The position numbers and the translations under genes are program-made. DNA of 64,000 nt from Ostrea edulis. Lineage: Eukaryota. The notes under the pieces are model-generated. The model was not told where the DNA came from and did no database searches. It worked only from the letters and a program-made list of their open reading frames with translations. Shown here in pieces: positions 59,850 through 64,000 of this stretch. Where the stretch lies: positions 47,120,001-47,184,000 of the forward strand of contig NC_079169.1 in assembly GCF_947568905.1 (NCBI RefSeq). The letters are read 5' to 3'. Each line of letters begins with the position of its first letter. The first letter of the stretch is position 1.

Positions 59850-59916
59850 ATGGACGAAAAGAATGTTGGCGATACTGTTTGGCCGAAAGAAGATCTAAGG
59901 ACCCAAGCCAACATAG
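59850..59916 (+). other. Candidate first coding exon (MDEKNVGDTVWPKEDLRTQANI)
   Basis: ATG, 22 open codons, then TAG|gtaagt donor; partner exons not seen. Confidence 0.3.
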
Positions 59917-60689
59917 GTAAGTGATCTAAACTTTAATTCATACATCGACTTTGAATTTGCAACAGCTACGTTGGGGGATGGTTCTCTTACTTACAATGTG
60001 GATAATTCTACCATCCTAATTATTTTTGTATCTGGTTTTTCAGTCGAATTAGAAGGTGTAATCATTCTTCTATGACCGGAAAACACTCCATACCTTGCGT
60101 CCCGTGACGTCATATGGAACATCTCATCATGAACACCCAGAAGAATTTTTAGAGTATGAGATTTAGAAAGACTGGGATCATCAACAGAGATGTTACTTGA
60201 AGCAATCAGTGTATAGTATGTTTAATAGAGTATCTGATGTGATAGAGCTTAACGTTATCTTTTCTTATTTGTTAATAAAACATGATTATCATTGTATTTT
60301 CATTTTATACCTATTTTTAAATGTGGTACATGTATATGTTTGTTACGACAAATTCAGCTATATTTGTTTTAAAATAAAGTCGTATGATGGTATGCATTTT
60401 GTACTATGTGAATTAAATTTATTTCAAAATCAAATTAAAAGTTACAGAATCGGCAGTCTTGATATTTAGTCCCCCCAGAAAATTCTCAAACGAAATGTAT
60501 ATACGTAACCCAATTCTTCACTTTAATTATGTTAGATACGTTCATTTGGTGGTGGTGGGGGGGGGGGTATATAATCTTATGTAATGGAAAAAAACAAGTT
60601 ACTTTAAATAGTTATATAGTTTTACTAGTATATCAAAAGTGGAAATTATATATCGGTTTCAGATGATAAATAGATTGGGAAAAATTAAA

Positions 60690-60880
60690 GTTCACATTCG
60701 TTTGTATGTTGTTTTACGTCCCATTCAAGAATTTTTCACTCATCCAACAAGGTGAAGTGCCACAAATATTGCCTTACGCATGGTGCTCAAGGTCGTAACA
60801 TAATTGTATCAATGCCTAGCATGACACGGGACCTCCCGTCTTCAAAGCAATATCTACCCGTGATTCTTAGTGCAAGCAGA
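60690..60880 (-). mobile_element. V-domain-like SINE, 3' part
   Basis: Minus strand aagaatcacggg...gaggtcccgtgtcatgctaggc...gagtgaaaaattcttgaatgggacgtaaaacaac. Confidence 0.7.
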
Positions 60881-61213
60881 TATCCTGGACAAAGATTTTG
60901 AGTCGTTATTATCTGACTCATGAACAACTCAGCTGTGTGTAAAACTGCTTTTCGTTTGAGCCTCCAGGAATGAACTTTATGAGTGAGGTTCGTGTAAATT
61001 GGAACAGAATCATAACATTTTATTTCATTAAACAAAGCACGGACTTTATGAAGTTCTAATTGTATAACAGCAATAGATAGTTTAAAGGTCAAACTGAGTA
61101 CAAACGTTCCCTATGACCAGACAATATGCTATGACTTTAACCAAGGTCATTTGACCTAAGTTGTTTCAAGTTATTCGAGTGTCGATAATCACTCTTGATT
61201 TTATTCAATAACA

Positions 61214-61500
61214 TTAATATACCCCCGCAACAAAATTGTGGGGGGTATACTGGAATCGGGTTGTCCGTCTGTAGACGAAAGCGTTATCCTTACCACCTAG
61301 AGTCACGATATCATACACATGGGACGAAGATGTTCCCTATCGAATTTGGGGTCAAAGGTCTACCCAAGGTTTTGTCATGCCCTTTCTTTTTTACACTCAG
61401 GAAAGAGGTAATTTAAACCTATTAACAACACCCTTTGGGATATTTGGGTACGGGGGGGGGGGAGTATTCTTAGTGACCATTGCTCACAGTACCTCTTGTT
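61214..61500 (+). mobile_element. Short HINE-like element
   Basis: 5' atacccccgcaacaaaattgtggggggtat hairpin, gtccgtctgt, 3' gggggagtattcttagtgaccattgctcacagtacctcttgtt. Confidence 0.75.
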
Positions 61501-61538
61501 ATTCATGGTGTTTTACGGAAGTGAGATCCAGTACTGAT

Positions 61539-61785
61539 CAATCCTGTGGGATCCGGATTAGATTAGGTCCTCAATACCCCTTGCTTGTCGTAGAAGGCGA
61601 CTAAATGGGGCGGTCCTTCAGATGAGACAGCAAAAACCGAGGTCCCGTGTCACGATAAAGATCCCTCCCTGCTCAAAGGTCATACGCGCCGAGCATAGGC
61701 CGAAATTTTGTAGCCCTTCACCGGCACTGTTGACGTCTCCATATGAGTGAAATATTCTCGAGAGTGACGTTAAACAATATTCAAT
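61539..61785 (+). mobile_element. Meta/MESC-core-like SINE with 10-bp target-site duplication
   Basis: cagtactgat at 61529-61538 and 61786-61795 flanks the copy. Confidence 0.88.
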
Positions 61786-61824
61786 CAGTACTGATTAGGT
61801 TTATGTTTAACTCTCTACAGAACA

Positions 61825-62130
61825 GTTTAAAAGCATTTCGCATGTCGCAAATTCCATGGTCGTTATAACTAATCAGATGCTGTCTGATGTATTTCATACC
61901 AATCGTTAGGCCGTTCTTTACACACTGATTTTGACTACGGATAACTCCGTTTACCTGATCAAGATAGAGGGCTCACGGCGGGTGTGGCCGGTCGACAGGG
62001 GATGCTTACTCCTGTTAGGCACCTGATCCCACCTCTGATATATCCAGGGGTCCGTGTTTACCCAACTCTTTATTTTGTATTCCTTATACGAGTTATGAGA
62101 TTGATCACTGTTCGTTATCTTTACATTTTT
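61825..62130 (+). mobile_element. Penelope-like element 3' end
   Basis: gcatttcg..caaattccatggtcgttataac...cagatgctgtctgatgtatttcataccaatcgttag plus the conserved UTR. Confidence 0.8.
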
Positions 62131-62733
62131 TTCTAATTTGTCAAGAATCAGAAAAATGATCAAAATTGAAAAGACAAGGTTAGTAACTTGCTCTGTATTT
62201 TTTCTACCTCCCTGTGTGTAGTTCCTGGCGGCAAGACATTATATTTCATTAAGAGTATGACAATTATCAGATTTATTTCGTTTTTCTATAATCAATATTT
62301 CATGTACTTGTAAGAAGCTTATCAAAACATCTGATAATTATATATAATCCACTTCGTACACGAGTATTCTTGTAACAGGAAACCTGCCGTATTGCCCACC
62401 TAAATCAAGCTTGTTTATGCTTCTTTAGTTGTCGCTTTGACCGCCATCTTCTTTGCCGAAAGGGAATGTATTGGTGAAAGCATAGCTGAATACTTGTTAG
62501 ATCAATCTTAACGCTGTGTGATGTGGCTGTAGGACTTTAATTTTAGATTGAGAGGAGCTGACGACCCTCCCAGAAAAGCTTTACCCTCCGGTGTTAGATT
62601 TTATTTTGCACTTTCGCTCTGCATATCACGTCCAAGACTATCCATGTTCAGTACCTTCAATGTTCTAGATGTGATTTTAATGCAATAAAGATTAATGTGG
62701 TAAACGCCAATGTCATATTTTACTTTCCAATTT

Positions 62734-62734
<1 letters not shown>

Positions 62735-62788
<54 letters not shown>
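62735..62788. repeat. (CT)27 microsatellite
   Basis: Direct reading. Confidence 0.95.
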
Positions 62789-62792
<4 letters not shown>

Positions 62793-64000
62793 ATCTACGT
62801 ATATAATGTTAGTTACATGTGTCATGTAGTTTTGTGATTCAAATATTGAATATTACAGATTAACACTACGATGTCGTATGACAGGTAGTACTTTTAATTA
62901 GTCTGATACCACCCCTGTGTCGAGACTGATTGAAGGAATACAAGTGGTACAATATGTACTTGCTGTTTAATCTCGGTATTGACAAATACATTTGAATGAT
63001 TACATATATTGCAATGTACATGGACATCTTTGGTAGACATTCTATGGATCAGTTGTGGTATGAATGAATGAATTATACATACGACAGTATATGGCTATAG
63101 TTACATTGATATTGTTAGATAGAGGGTCACAGCGACAGTGCCGTAATCCTTGACATGATCTCTAAGAACTGAGTGCTTGTTCATGTTGTTTAGATCGCGT
63201 ACTTTTGGCTAGACAAAACACCATTTACAGTATGAACTAAATGGATAAATGATTGCTTTCAGGGAAGATATTTCAGAAATAATCGATACACGCAATATAT
63301 CATGTCGTCTAAAAATACGCGTAATTAGGCTGGAAATTGTGCGATAATATAAATAAAATGGTCCTTGGGATGTGAAAAATTCAATTGAGAGACACAATTT
63401 TAAATTGATAAACAATTTTGAGTTTTATCGTATTATCAGAAAACAGCAATTATTAGGTTTATAAGTATTTGCTGGTTTAATTTTTATCTTTTCTAAAATA
63501 GGAATTTTTGATAAAACTGTATGAAGCGTTCCTGATCAAAGTTTTCCGCCGTACTTCTGCCCGTAGCTTTGTTTCTCCGACGAAGCCATTTCAATAAAAG
63601 TCATGCCTTTTTACGAGGGGAAATAAATAGTTGTTTTGAAACTAAAGCGCTGTCGAAAATCATCGTTGTGCAAATGGCGAAAATGATGGAAACCCTAGGT
63701 TCTAATGATTGTCAAATATCATGGCCGGTGTACAACTTCCCCAAAAGTTCAACATGAAATACATTCACTTAAAAATTCATATTTCTCCGTGTGTATGTTG
63801 AACATTTGTTCCATATTAAGTTAGGGATGTTGGCGCGGTAGGTTATAACGAGTCAAAGCTATTTCACGGTGGTAGGGTCGTTGTTTTGTTTTTTGGTGAT
63901 TTCTGTATTGTATTTTTGGGTCCATTTTATCCGCAATTTTGTAGATACACGTGTACCATTCCTTCAGTTTCAAGTAAAACATTTTGTGTTTGCTGCAGCT

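Noticed and set aside
62420-62455. Gene start at aagATGGCGG (minus strand)
   Set aside because: The frame stops after 10 codons (MAVKATTKEA*) with no donor; at most a YY1-type motif.

Overview
This is AT-rich animal genomic DNA. The repeat families (Helentron-type non-autonomous elements, (CAAT)n-tailed SINEs, Penelope-like RT 3' ends) point to a bivalve, probably an oyster; that assignment is from recall, not a search. The only intact protein-coding gene I can reconstruct is an invertebrate-type contactin on the minus strand at 1-11905. It has 18 phase-consistent coding exons in the window (2671 nt, about 890 codons): signal peptide, C-type lectin-like domain, six Ig domains, one FN3 and the start of a second, then it runs off the left edge. 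Several of these exons are absent from the ORF track. The model needs a GC-AG first coding intron and carries an overlapping out-of-frame upstream ATG. The remaining ~52 kb has no gene I can identify. It holds SINEs, Helentron-type elements, MITEs, a decayed DIRS fragment, an RTE 3' fragment, four Penelope-like 3' ends, several minisatellites, and stretches that look like decayed coding DNA of unknown origin (34.6-40.3, 45.9-46.2 and 48.0-49.9 kb). I found no rRNA, genuine tRNA or CRISPR array. I cannot confirm a new biological system. The best leads are the contactin 5' architecture, a minisatellite built from a tRNA-Thr-like SINE head, a possible HDV-like ribozyme relic at the 5' end of one SINE family, and the compositionally odd 34.6-40.3 kb island.
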